Shown in pieces: positions 10,901-19,902 of a stretch of 64,000 bases of DNA (position 1 is the stretch's first letter; each line of letters opens with the position of its first letter). The notes under the pieces are model-generated. The model made no database searches and was not told the DNA's origin. It saw nothing but the letters and a program-made list of their open reading frames with translations. Made by a program: the position numbers and the translations under genes. The DNA comes from Oscillatoria sp. FACHB-1406 (lineage in GTDB: Bacteria > Cyanobacteriota > Cyanobacteriia > Cyanobacteriales > Spirulinaceae), in contig NZ_JACJSM010000001.1 of the NCBI RefSeq assembly GCF_014698145.1, positions 344,633 through 408,632 on the forward strand, read 5' to 3'.

Positions 10901-12386
10901 GCTTCTCCATTTGATAGCGTTGAATTTCGCCCTTGAGGAGTTGTTGGAGATAATCTAAATCGGTATCGAGATCTTCGGGATGGGTAATCGTTTGGAAATC
11001 GATCGCGAGCAATTCTTCGGCATTGTAACCGACCAGTTCGCACAAGGCTTGATTGACCTTTAACCAGCGCCCATCCGGCGCAACCAGCGCCATCCCAATT
11101 GCAGCGTATTCAAACGCTTCGTAAAAGCGCTTTTCGCTCTCTTGGAGGGCTGCTTCTACCTGTTTTCGTTCGGTAAGATTTAAACTCGTGCCGATGATGC
11201 GATAGATGCGTCCTTCTGCATCCTGTACCGGGTTTAAACTGGTCAGCCACCAAGTTGCGTTCTCGCTCAACGGGACATATTCTTCGTAGGTTATTGTCTC
11301 GCCTGCGGCTATACAGTTCGCGTAGTTCTGACTGAGTTTTGCGGCGACTTCCGCCGGGAAAAACTCTTCTGGGGTTTTACCCTTAATTTCTCGGTCGAGT
11401 AGCCCCGTCAAGCGCTCGTGGGTAGGGTTCAAACCGGCATAACGAAATTGACCATCTTCTGCTATGTCAATGACAAAAATCCCTAAATCGACTCCGTTAT
11501 AAATGCTGCTGAGAAATTCTTCTTTCTCTCGCAACGCAATTTCTGCTGCTTTGCGCTCGCTGATATCCTTCATCGCCACTACTGCTCCCAGTTTTTTCCC
11601 TTCTGGAGAGATAATGGGTGCGCCGCTGGCTAAGAGGGAGCGAAGCGGTCTATCTTGGGTTGCGATCGCGAGTTCGGCATTGCGTACATTTTCTCCTTGC
11701 AGCGCTCTAAATAAAGGAATTTCCTCCTTACGCAGCAGCGTTTTGCCGTCGGCTTGGTAGAGACTGTAATGTTGCGCCCATTCTTCGGGAGAAATATCCT
11801 CCCTGGTAATCCCGTGAAACTCTTGAGTGGCTTTATTGAACAGCGTTAGTTCCGCTCGTTCGTTACAGGCGACAATCCCGTCAGAAAGATTTTCGAGTAA
11901 GGCTTGCAGAAATTGTTGCTCTTGTTTGAGTTGGGCTTCCACTCGCTTGCGCTCTGCGACTTCAGCCAGTAGCATTTTGTTGGCTTCCTCCATTTGAACG
12001 GGGGAGGGAAATGTCAAGATCTGCGGTCCGTAATAAGCCACCGCATAAGTTGTTCCTAACGATAGGGCGGCTGTTACGGCTCTGACACTGCCCGATAGCC
12101 AATAATCGGAATGCCACAGCGTCCAAATATCGGTTAAGTAACTACTGCCACAGACCACTAGAAAAGCTGCAAATAAAATTAGCAAGCCGTTGAAGGGAAT
12201 ATCGGGTCGTCTACGGGCAATATGAACGAGCGTTAGCGGTATCGAAAAGTACGAGATGGCAATCAGAATATCGCTGAGCCAATGCAGCCCAATTAACTCT
12301 GGCGGCATAAGAGCGCTCGCCCCACTGGTAGTAGCCATAAAGGGGTTAATTGCCCAAAAATTTTCAGAATTTGCGAACCTCAACAT
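7992..12386 (-). CDS. Multi-sensor signal-transduction histidine kinase. It has an N-terminal membrane domain, about 8 PAS/PAC repeats, HisKA and HATPase_c.
   Basis: 1464 aa with repeated PAS/PAC-like segments. The H-box is MSHELRTPLNAIGGFSQML and the C-terminal ATPase carries DTGIGI and GTGLGL. Confidence 0.8.
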   Translation of the reverse strand: MLRFANSENFWAINPFMATTSGASALMPPELIGLHWLSDILIAISYFSIPLTLVHIARRRPDIPFNGLLILFAAFLVVCGSSYLTDIWTLWHSDYWLSGSVRAVTAALSLGTTYAVAYYGPQILTFPSPVQMEEANKMLLAEVAERKRVEAQLKQEQQFLQALLENLSDGIVACNERAELTLFNKATQEFHGITREDISPEEWAQHYSLYQADGKTLLRKEEIPLFRALQGENVRNAELAIATQDRPLRSLLASGAPIISPEGKKLGAVVAMKDISERKAAEIALREKEEFLSSIYNGVDLGIFVIDIAEDGQFRYAGLNPTHERLTGLLDREIKGKTPEEFFPAEVAAKLSQNYANCIAAGETITYEEYVPLSENATWWLTSLNPVQDAEGRIYRIIGTSLNLTERKQVEAALQESEKRFYEAFEYAAIGMALVAPDGRWLKVNQALCELVGYNAEELLAIDFQTITHPEDLDTDLDYLQQLLKGEIQRYQMEKRYIHKQGHHVWISLNVSLVRDENGEPLYVIAQIKNISARKHTEFQLRESERRFRALFNSTFQFMGLLQPDGILLEANESALEFGGLRAEEVLGLPFYKTAWWQSIAPIEGELSPQQEQLKDAIARAAVGEFIRYEVEVRGAGDTVAIIDFSLKPVFNDEGEVILEIAEGRDITESKRAEAALRQSEERWQLALTGTGDGIFDWNIPTGEAFMSPLFKKMLGYSDSEIENHYLAWAELLHPDDINRVQEIVQVHLNGTTPHYTAEYRMRCKDGSYKWILARGETKWDSEGKPLRMVGSLQNTTARKQAEVELQEAKERLQFALEASGNALWDWDITTGTLYLSPQWYQMLGYEPNEFPMSVEDWRARVHPEDLPWVRELWQAHLEDSSLPYDYDYRLKTRSGEWKWLGNYGRVVARDEAGNPTRVTGTHKDISDRKAAETQLVEGIKRYQMLAENSSDFIATQTLEGVYLYVSPACRRLLGYEPDELIGRSFYEFLHPEDAVALQSVKEALSPSRQEYTQSFRMRQRDGGYLWLETTNRISPAADYNGLSVIVSIARDISDRKEAEATLVALNEQLERELIDRRSKLRAIGRLYSSVINSVQEVIFLTDCTGRWIFLSPAWTEILGFTVEESLNTPLLDYIYAVKDRQLVATLFADAIAQRRTSFRCEFRCPTKEEGFRWLEMYARVEESEDGSISGLYGTLNDITERKQAEAILKSRADELAKQRQQIHLQNLQLQQAFRLKSEFLATMSHELRTPLNAIGGFSQMLQLQQYGSLLPKQKDMVDRIFNNSKHLLEMLNEVLDFSKIEAGRWELQPESFDLNGLTRLTVEELRSLAQKKDLAIEVNCQMANPTVVNDSSAVRRILTNLISNAIKFTESGRIAVKVREVGSERIELCVSDTGIGISPEDIEKIFEAFRQVDQTLTRQHSGTGLGLAITQSLVEMMQGAIDVKSEVNVGTTFSINLPRCTSI

Positions 12387-12404
12387 GGTCTTGAAAACTT
12401 TTCA

Positions 12405-12470
12405 AAACATTAGACTCAATCGAGTAGTGCATAAATATCTATAAATATCTGTAAATATCTATCTATAGAA
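12405..12470. repeat. Short tandem repeats (TAAATATCT/GTAAATATCT x3-4) in the divergent promoter region
   Basis: Read directly: aaatatctataaatatctgtaaatatctatctatagaatctgtaaatg. Confidence 0.5.
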
Positions 12471-13003
12471 TCTGTAAATGTAGCTGCGGATGGAAGCGGG
12501 AAAGAGACTTAAGGGAGTCTGAGAAACAGCCCCGGCAGATTATATTTCTTTCTTGAGATTTTTTTCAGGGCAGTTAGGTTGTTCTCTTATCCACAAGTCA
12601 TTAGGGACAAGCTTCTACAGTAAGCTCTGTTGGCTACAACTTAAGTATAAATGAATAATTGCATTATAAAGAAAAGCTTAAGAAATAAGGGTGAAGATAG
12701 CCCCCGGCAGAAAAGATTGCGGGGGCTATATCACAGTTTAAAATAATGTTGCTTCGGAATTATCTTCCGATCGGTAGGTTTTTCGCGAAGTCTTTTTGAG
12801 GAGGAAGGGAGCTTATCGGTTCTCTCGAAATCTCTAAAGAGAGGGATTGTATTATTTCTTTAGATAGATGCGAGCGCTCAATCATGCTTTGATAATGGGG
12901 TAAATAATGGTGTTAAATAGCTAGAAGGGAGTACGACTCGCGATAATCCTTAGCCGGATTTTTGGGTCGTCTCAATTTCTGTCCCTTCTTAACCCGATAC
13001 TTT

Positions 13004-13735
13004 ATGAGCAAGATTCGCGTTGTTCTTATAGAAGATCATGACCTAACTCGCATCGGTCTTTGCGCCGCTCTCAAGCAGAGCGAAAAGGTTGAAGTTGTCG
13101 GCGATGCAGCGAATGCACGTCAAGGTTTAAAGACAATTGAAACGATGCAGCCGGATGTTGCCGTGGTGGATATTGGCTTGCCCGATTGGGATGGGATCGA
13201 GTTGACGCAGCGTTTGAAGCAGTCGCTCGTTAACAGTTCGGTACAAACGCGCGTGTTGATACTCACCTCCCATAGCAGCGAGGACTCGGTTCTAGCCGCG
13301 TTTGCAGCGGGTGCAGATTCTTATAGCCTCAAAGATGTAAGTTTGGAGAATTTAGTCCACGCGATTCAATTAACCCATGAGGGGAATGCTTGGATCGATC
13401 CGGCGATCGCGCGGATCGTGTTAACGCAGGCGCGTAAAGGTGAAGATCGCGATCGCCTTGAACGCGAGGAAGTGCTTCCGGAAACGGCAACGAGAACGAT
13501 TGACGCGATCGAACCGGAGTATCAACAGTTAATAGAAGCTTACCCGCTGACGGAACGGGAGTTAGACGTACTCGAATTGATTGTTGCAGGGTGCAGCAAT
13601 GCAGCGATCGCAGAAAAATTACATATTACCGTCGGAACCGTTAAAACCCACGTCCGTAACATTCTCAGCAAACTCTGTGCTGACGATCGCACCCAAGCCG
13701 CCGTTCGCGCCCTACGTTCGGGCTTAGTCGGCTAA
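13004..13735 (+). CDS. NarL/LuxR-family response regulator (REC + C-terminal LuxR HTH). ATG at 13004; the track ORF starts at 12962.
   Basis: REC motifs IRVVLIEDHDL and DVAVVDIGLPDWDGIEL are present. The C-terminal LTERELDVLELIVAGCSNAAIAEKLHITVGTVKTHVRNILSKL is a LuxR-type HTH. Confidence 0.8.
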   Translation: MSKIRVVLIEDHDLTRIGLCAALKQSEKVEVVGDAANARQGLKTIETMQPDVAVVDIGLPDWDGIELTQRLKQSLVNSSVQTRVLILTSHSSEDSVLAAFAAGADSYSLKDVSLENLVHAIQLTHEGNAWIDPAIARIVLTQARKGEDRDRLEREEVLPETATRTIDAIEPEYQQLIEAYPLTERELDVLELIVAGCSNAAIAEKLHITVGTVKTHVRNILSKLCADDRTQAAVRALRSGLVG

Positions 13736-13851
13736 AATACCGCATCCTCGCTCGCTCTGCCAATTTCCGCAACCTAACAATTAAACTTCTCCAAAAGAAA
13801 TTTTTGCTTCGGGTTCTTCTTCGTAGGGAAGCCTCCACAGGGCTTTTCTGC

Positions 13852-13881
13852 CTCCAGGAAGATTCAACCTGGAGTTTTTTA
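13852..13881 (+). terminator. Intrinsic terminator: CTCCAGG-loop-CCTGGAG followed by TTTTTT
   Basis: 7-bp stem plus T6, about 115 nt downstream of the response-regulator stop. Confidence 0.5.
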
Positions 13882-14240
13882 AGCATTAATGGAATAGAGC
13901 TAGTGTTAACACTGGTAATTTTTTTGGGTAAGAAAATTGCTCGCCGAGCAATAGGCTCGACTCTGAATGGGCATTCTATCGTGAATTTCTTTCCAGAGTC
14001 TCGTCGATTTCTAAAGGATCCTAAATTTTAAATTAAAAATGCCTCTCAATCTCTTAATTCATTATTAAAATTAAATTTTGTAAAGCATAACGCACAGAAA
14101 TAAAACCGATAAGTAAATCAAATTAATGGGATTCACGGTCAATTTCAGCAAGTTAGTAATTCTCTTTATAAATTGAAGTAGAAAACTTGCAAAAACGAAG
14201 GAGCTAATGAGATGGAGAGGGAAAGAGGAAGGCAAAGATA

Positions 14241-15530
14241 ATGTTGAAAGGGAACTTTGTGATCGGTAAACCGATTGTCCGACAAGCAACGCGAGAACCT
14301 TTAGGAAAAAGCATTCAAGATTCGCTGGTTGTCTCTGCTAACGGTAACGGCTCCCGTCGAAATTGCGATCGCATCATCGGATTTTGGGTCGGAGAATCGG
14401 AACCTGGAGACGAGACCAGCATTCTGCCACTAGGAGCAGTTTCTGCAATCGGAAAGGACGCAATTGTTGTCGATGCAGACGGGTGGCTCGCACTCAGTCA
14501 TAGAAGTAAGTTTCAACGCTATCGAAGCAGCAGAGACTTAGCAATTAATCGCCAAATCCTAACTCTAGACGGACAAAATCTAGGGCGGGCGAGCGATATT
14601 TACTTCGACCCAGAAACTGGCAAGATCGAAGGCTACGAAGCTTTTGGCGGCAAATATGCCGACCCTGAAACCGGAAAAAGCTTCGTTCCGGCTAACCGCA
14701 TTATTGAAATTAGCGATCGCGAGATTAGGGTTGCACCGGAAACGATCGAACGGATGCAAGAAAGAAAGTTCCACGAGTGCAAAACTCCTATTCCGCCTGC
14801 GATTTCCCTAGAAATGCTCCAAAAAGCCTTTGTTGTGGGTCGGGTGGCTCGCGAACAAGTTTGTACGCCCAACGGCATACCACTCCTCGTATCCGGTCAA
14901 CTCATTACTTCCGCTCACGCTGCGGTCGCTCAGAATTTAGGCATTCTCGAACAGTTATATGCTGCGGTTGGGGGTGATGATTTGGGGATGATTCCTGGTG
15001 AAGCGCTAACTTGTAAAATGCCCAATCCGCTCGCGCGTGCTTGGGGACGGCGCGTTCGCAAAATGGTCGAAAATCCAGACGGCTCCATTATTGCCGCTCC
15101 GGGTCAAATCGTAACCGAGCGCGAAATCGCTCGCGCCATCGAACACCACCAAGAAAAAGCTCTCCTCGATGCTGTGGGTTATTCGATTGATGAAGCAAAC
15201 CTCAAAGGATGGTGCAAAACTTGTAGCGAGCTAAAGACTTGCAACCTAGCCGCTTGGATTGAAGCGGCAGCAAGCCGAGGCAATTCGGTCGCTAAAGAAC
15301 TTTGGGAAAGTTCGGTTCCGCTGATGCGCAAACGCGAAGACGAAAGCGAAGATTTAAGCCGAAACGAGCAAATCCAAAATGCTCTCGGTCGTCCCGTCGT
15401 GCAAGAAATTCGCGATCGCAATAATAGTCTTATTCTTGAAGTCGGCGACTTAATTACCTACCACGCGGTCAAACAAGCGATACGAGCCGAAATGCTCTCG
15501 AAATTATTAAGTGCAGTCTACGAAGAGTAG
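14241..15530 (+). CDS. PRC-barrel domain protein (two PRC-barrel-like segments plus a C-terminal domain)
   Basis: VIGKPIVRQATREPLGKSIQD and ILTLDGQNLGRASDIYFDPETGKIEGY fit PRC-barrel signatures. Confidence 0.45.
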   Translation: MLKGNFVIGKPIVRQATREPLGKSIQDSLVVSANGNGSRRNCDRIIGFWVGESEPGDETSILPLGAVSAIGKDAIVVDADGWLALSHRSKFQRYRSSRDLAINRQILTLDGQNLGRASDIYFDPETGKIEGYEAFGGKYADPETGKSFVPANRIIEISDREIRVAPETIERMQERKFHECKTPIPPAISLEMLQKAFVVGRVAREQVCTPNGIPLLVSGQLITSAHAAVAQNLGILEQLYAAVGGDDLGMIPGEALTCKMPNPLARAWGRRVRKMVENPDGSIIAAPGQIVTEREIARAIEHHQEKALLDAVGYSIDEANLKGWCKTCSELKTCNLAAWIEAAASRGNSVAKELWESSVPLMRKREDESEDLSRNEQIQNALGRPVVQEIRDRNNSLILEVGDLITYHAVKQAIRAEMLSKLLSAVYEE

Positions 15531-15585
15531 CCAGTAATTAAAAGATCGAGAGTCGATAAGTGGGGTTTCCTGGATAGACTGGGAA

Positions 15586-16695
15586 CTATCGATCGATCCC
15601 GAGTCGCTGGCGCAAAAAGATTGCCATCTCCTGTCCCACAACAGGACTGCGAGCGACTAAATGACCTTCGCTATCGGTCAGTTCTAGCTTACTAAAATCG
15701 AGTTCCTGCGATCGCGTCCACATCTCCTGCGCCACTCGATCCTGTCGAGATGCACTCAGATCGTACCACTCATCTTTTAAACTCACCGCCAAGCGACTGC
15801 CAATAAAATCCGCTTGAATCGACTGAATCAAACCATCCGCATACTGGCTAGTAATTTGAGCAACCTGCGTTTTAATCGCTGCAATTAAACGCTGTTCTGG
15901 GGTAAGAACCGGTTCCGGTGGCGCTTCCACCACGATGGGTTCTTCAGGCTGCGCTGCGATTTCAGCAGGAATCGGAGTTGCAACTTCTGAAGGGGTATCT
16001 ATCGGCGCGACAGGTTCTTCTGCGGCGGTAGGAACTTCCGATGCAGGAGAATCCTTCGCCGGTTCGCTAACCGATGGCAACGGGACGACCGTAACGGGAA
16101 CTTCTACCACCGATGGCGACGGGACGACCGTAACGGGAACTTCTACCACCGAGGGAGAAGGATTAACAGTAACGGGTGTTTCCAACGACGGCGAAGGAGC
16201 AACAGTCACCGGAACTTCAATAACGTTGGGTGAAGGAGTAACGGTGACGGGGGCTTCAACCTTATTAGGCGCAGGCGCGACAGCAACGGTTTTTGGTGGC
16301 GAATCAGGGATTAAAACGGCGATGAAAGCAATAACAGCGGCGACGAGTCCGGCTAAGATTCCAGCAAGCGCGCCATTAGAGAGTTTTTCATTCAGGGAAG
16401 CTGGGAGGAAAGAGCGCAGCTTGGCAAAAAAACCGCGTTTGGGTGGGGGTGCAACTGCGGTTTTCGCTACATCTGCGGCGCGTAGAGCGGGCGCAATAGG
16501 CGCGAGATCGGTCTCTAACGCTTCTAAATCTTCTGCGAGGCGAGTGAAAGCCGTCGTAGGCGGTAACGCATCGATTGTAGCCGATTCGAGACGGCGAGCG
16601 ACGCGATCGAGTTGTTGAATCGTCTCCCGCAGAGACTTTAGCGCGTCCGCCTTCGATAAAGTGTCCGGTCGTTCTGGCGCTCCTTCCGACATCAT
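15586..16695 (-). CDS. Hypothetical membrane-anchored protein with an internal Pro/Val-rich 13-aa tandem-repeat region and a conserved C-terminal domain
   Basis: 369 aa with one transmembrane helix. Repeats read PVTVxPSPSVVEV, encoded by near-identical 39-bp DNA repeats. Confidence 0.45.
   Translation of the reverse strand: MMSEGAPERPDTLSKADALKSLRETIQQLDRVARRLESATIDALPPTTAFTRLAEDLEALETDLAPIAPALRAADVAKTAVAPPPKRGFFAKLRSFLPASLNEKLSNGALAGILAGLVAAVIAFIAVLIPDSPPKTVAVAPAPNKVEAPVTVTPSPNVIEVPVTVAPSPSLETPVTVNPSPSVVEVPVTVVPSPSVVEVPVTVVPLPSVSEPAKDSPASEVPTAAEEPVAPIDTPSEVATPIPAEIAAQPEEPIVVEAPPEPVLTPEQRLIAAIKTQVAQITSQYADGLIQSIQADFIGSRLAVSLKDEWYDLSASRQDRVAQEMWTRSQELDFSKLELTDSEGHLVARSPVVGQEMAIFLRQRLGIDR
16071..16260. 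repeat. 39-bp in-frame tandem repeat, about 5 copies, the first two 38/39 identical, inside the CDS 15586..16695
   Basis: ccgatggcaacgggacgaccgtaacgggaacttctacca repeated directly. It encodes PVTV.PSPSV.EV units on the minus strand. Confidence 0.7.
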
Positions 16696-16807
16696 TCCCT
16701 CCGACTGAAATACACATCTAAACGAACAGTGTACAATTATCAGCTTTGATTTCTGCCTCAGAAGAGGGATATACTCAATTTGGCTCTCTACACATCCCCT
16801 TCGACCG

Positions 16808-17752
16808 ATGAGTTTAAAACGCCGTCAATTTCTCGGACTGAGTGCTTTAGGTGGATTGTCGTTAGCGCTGGGCAGTCATTTCCTCGCCAAAGCGCCCTCG
16901 CCTCACGAAACCGCCGACGCGCGCGAACCGGTTTCCTTATCCCCCGCTTCCAACTTACCCCTGCTGCGCTTTGTTTCGGTGGGAGATACGGGCTCGGGAG
17001 CAGAAGATCAGTATGCCGTCGGGCGCGCGATCGCGCAATATCGCGAGCAAAATCCTTTCCCCTTCGTCCTGCTCGCGGGCGACAATATCTACACCAACGG
17101 CGAAATCGAGAAGATCGAAGCTGTATTCGAGCGTCCCTACGAATCCTTACTCGCGAACGGCGTGAAGTTTTATGCGACCCTAGGCAATCACGACATTCGC
17201 ACTGAAAACGGCGACCTCCAAATTGAATATCCCGGGTTTAATATGGGAGGGCGTTACTATACCTTCCGCAAAGAGGACGTGCAATTTTTTGTCCTCGATA
17301 CCAATCAGTTCTACGTCCCCGATGCGTCGAATAATCCCGCAGGCGACGCACAACTCGCGTGGTTGGAGTTGGAGTTAGAACGCAGCACTGCACCGTGGAA
17401 GGTGGTACTCGGACACCATCAGATTTATTCTTCCGGTCATTACGGTGTGAATCAAGCTTTTGTGGCCAAGTTTTCGCCCCTGTTTGAGAAATATGGCGTG
17501 CAAGTTTATATTAACGGTCACGAACATCATTACGAACGCTCGAATGCGATCGCCGGAACGACGTATATTATCTGCGGTGGCGGCGGAGCGTATTTGCGTC
17601 CGCTGGAAGCAAGGCAAGAGTTTTCGGCTTATGCCGAATCGCGGTTTAGTTTTGTGACCTATGAAGTATACCGCGATCGCATGGTTATTAAAGGACTTGG
17701 CACCGACGGGCAGGTTTTTGATGAAGGAAGCATTGCTTTGAAAGCTGTATAA
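16808..17752 (+). CDS. Tat-signal calcineurin-like metallophosphoesterase (purple-acid-phosphatase-like)
   Basis: Twin-arginine motif RRQFLGLSALGG at the N-terminus. Metallophosphoesterase motifs GDTGSG, GDNIY, GNHD and GHEHHYER are present. Confidence 0.7.
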   Translation: MSLKRRQFLGLSALGGLSLALGSHFLAKAPSPHETADAREPVSLSPASNLPLLRFVSVGDTGSGAEDQYAVGRAIAQYREQNPFPFVLLAGDNIYTNGEIEKIEAVFERPYESLLANGVKFYATLGNHDIRTENGDLQIEYPGFNMGGRYYTFRKEDVQFFVLDTNQFYVPDASNNPAGDAQLAWLELELERSTAPWKVVLGHHQIYSSGHYGVNQAFVAKFSPLFEKYGVQVYINGHEHHYERSNAIAGTTYIICGGGGAYLRPLEARQEFSAYAESRFSFVTYEVYRDRMVIKGLGTDGQVFDEGSIALKAV

Positions 17753-18580
17753 ATGTCCCTTAAAAATATTGCTCGAGAAACGCTAGAAATGCTCGATCGC
17801 GGTTTCTTTATCGCTCCTAACGGCGAGCAAATTTCCTTGCAACCCGCCTTAGAAAACGCGATCGCACAAACTCGCCTTTACACCCCCGAAGAAGGCGCAC
17901 AGTTACTAAACGCCGCCCCTTCCTCACCGGGCAACCTTGCAACCCTTGAAGTCACCGATGAAACCACCCAGATTGCAGCTTACCGCCTCGTTGTAACCGA
18001 ATCCGTCCCCGATCTCGTCCTATTAAACTTTGCCTCAGCCCGCAATCCCGGCGGCGGATTCCTCAACGGAGCTAAGGCGCAGGAAGAAGATTTGGCGCGC
18101 TGTTCGGGGCTATATCCTTGTTTGCTAACGCAACCGGCTTACTACGAAGCCAATCGAGCCAATGAATCGGTACTTTACAGCGATCGTATCATCTACTCGC
18201 CCCGCGTGCCGTGGTTTCGCACTCGCAGCCACGATGCCCCCAACACCCTATTTTTAGCCTCAGTGATTACCGCCCCCGCACCGAATGCTGGAGTCGCCCT
18301 TCAACGCAATCCGGGTTGCGCCAAGGAGATAGAGACAGCGTTACGCCGCCGTGCTGGGATAGTGCTGGCGATCGCTGCTGCCCAAGGACATCGCAACCTA
18401 CTTTTAGGCGCTTGGGGCTGCGGCGTATTCCAAAACCAACCGCCTTTAGTTGCCGATGCGTTTGGAAAATGGCTCTCTTCCGAACGATTTTTCGGGGCAT
18501 TCGATCGCGTCGTCTTTGCAATCTACGATCGCACCGCCGATAAAGCAACTCTCAAAGCGTTTCAAGCGCGATTTTCCTAG
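17753..18580 (+). CDS. Bacterial-type poly(ADP-ribose) glycohydrolase-like macrodomain protein (DUF2263/TIGR02452)
   Basis: NFASARNPGGGFLNGAKAQEEDLARCSGLY contains the PARG signature GGG-X7-QEE. Its ATG directly abuts the TAA of the upstream gene (translational coupling). Confidence 0.6.
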   Translation: MSLKNIARETLEMLDRGFFIAPNGEQISLQPALENAIAQTRLYTPEEGAQLLNAAPSSPGNLATLEVTDETTQIAAYRLVVTESVPDLVLLNFASARNPGGGFLNGAKAQEEDLARCSGLYPCLLTQPAYYEANRANESVLYSDRIIYSPRVPWFRTRSHDAPNTLFLASVITAPAPNAGVALQRNPGCAKEIETALRRRAGIVLAIAAAQGHRNLLLGAWGCGVFQNQPPLVADAFGKWLSSERFFGAFDRVVFAIYDRTADKATLKAFQARFS

Positions 18581-18672
18581 TCCGCTCTGCCGAACTCACA
18601 TCTATAAGACTCTCAGCTTTTTCGAGCCAAGATTCCGGGCAAAATCCCGCTAATCACTCTTGACAAAATTAT

Positions 18673-19593
18673 TTGAGTACAAGCTGGATAGATCGCACGT
18701 ACTGCTTTCTGTTTTATCATATAGTGTATCAACACTACATCTCAATTAACCTTATGGGAGCTACTCGAAAATCCAAGAATCCAGTCGTTGAGAAGTTTTA
18801 TAAGAAAGATAACATTTGTAATATCTGCCAAAAGGAAAGTCTATTATCAATAGATCACGTGCCTCCTCAATGTTGCCCACCTGCTAAAAGTAGAGTTACT
18901 TCTAAATTGTTATATCAATTTATCGGTGATACTTCTTTTCGTCCACGCCAAGACCAAAATGGTATAACATATAAAACAATTTGCGCTAACTGTAATAACT
19001 TATTGGGATCGAAATATGATAAAGCTTTAGGGGATTTTTCAAAAACCATTGAGAGTTTTGTTGAAAGTCACTTGATTTTGCCCGATTCTTTTGAAGTTGA
19101 ATTTCATCCCAATGCAGTTATGCGTTCTGTTTTAGGCCATATTCTCGCAGCAAAAACCGAAACCGATAATATTGTATTGGACGAAATAATTCGACCATCT
19201 ATAATAAATCCATCCACACCGATTCACGAAGACATTCATGTTTTTTACTGGGTTAATCCTTATGAAAAAACCATAATTCTTAGGGATTATTGTAGGTTGG
19301 CAGTGCCTGGGAAATTTGATAAGGTTGGATTTTTTAATCTCATAAAGTTTTATCCGGTCGCTTTCTTAGTTACCTATAAACTTCATCATTACAAAGGTCT
19401 GCCTAGCTTGCATGACTTCAATAGCCTTTCAATTCATGATAAAATACAGGTTAAGATTGACCGAAACTCTACTCGAAAAGAAAGTTTTCCCGAACGAATA
19501 TCTGATAGAGATGTCTTGCTTCATGGTAGAAGCGCCGATGATTCTGTCTATTCATTGCCAAAATCGAAATCAAAAAAAAAGAAAAAGTTTTAA
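18673..19593 (+). CDS. Hypothetical protein with an HNH-like (CxxC...DH...CxNCN..LGxK) His-Me finger-like motif. The likely start is ATG ~18754. It ends in a poly-Lys tail and lies in an AT-rich, HIP1-free insert.
   Basis: CNICQKESLLSIDHVPP ... CANCNNLLGSKYD. Local GC is far below its flanks and no GCGATCGC occurs across ~1 kb. Confidence 0.35.
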   Translation: MSTSWIDRTYCFLFYHIVYQHYISINLMGATRKSKNPVVEKFYKKDNICNICQKESLLSIDHVPPQCCPPAKSRVTSKLLYQFIGDTSFRPRQDQNGITYKTICANCNNLLGSKYDKALGDFSKTIESFVESHLILPDSFEVEFHPNAVMRSVLGHILAAKTETDNIVLDEIIRPSIINPSTPIHEDIHVFYWVNPYEKTIILRDYCRLAVPGKFDKVGFFNLIKFYPVAFLVTYKLHHYKGLPSLHDFNSLSIHDKIQVKIDRNSTRKESFPERISDRDVLLHGRSADDSVYSLPKSKSKKKKKF

Positions 19594-19637
19594 GTTTGTA
19601 AAAGTCGATCGCAGTCTGATATAGCCTTATCCAGAAC

Positions 19638-19838
19638 TCAGGTTAAGTAAAAGTGCTTGAAGTTGCGGTAGTGATGTAGGTGGAAAGCAACCAGAATCGT
19701 CATGATTTCGCTCAGAGCCAGTCCACGTTGGCGTTGGCGGTTTTTTACCCCTTCGCTGAGTAATCTTTTTTGCCACTGGGGTTCAAATTGTTGGCAAAAA
19801 TCGTCAATGTTACAGAACAGTTCTTCTAAACTAGACAT
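19638..19838 (-). pseudogene. Truncated IS transposase N-terminal fragment (IS982-family-like), 66 aa
   Basis: MSSLEELFCNIDDFCQQFEPQWQKRLL...SEIMTILVAFHLHHYRNFKHFY resembles the conserved N-terminus of a cyanobacterial IS transposase family. The ORF ends after 66 aa, so this is a remnant. Confidence 0.4.
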
Positions 19839-19846
19839 AGGGAGAG

Positions 19847-19902
19847 ACCCGTTGCAGGTTTGATCGTTTGCAGCTTACAGGGTCTCTCCCTTTTTTGGCT
19901 AG
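19847..19902 (+). terminator. Strong hairpin GGGAGAGACCC-(29 nt)-GGGTCTCTCCC followed by TTTTTT
   Basis: Perfect 11-bp stem plus T6. It closes the AT-rich insert before the kef-like gene. Confidence 0.5.

Noticed and set aside
15935-16618. 227-aa + strand ORF rich in Gly/Thr/Val
   Set aside because: It is the antisense shadow of the 39-bp coding repeats of the minus-strand gene 15586..16695, with low complexity and no start context.
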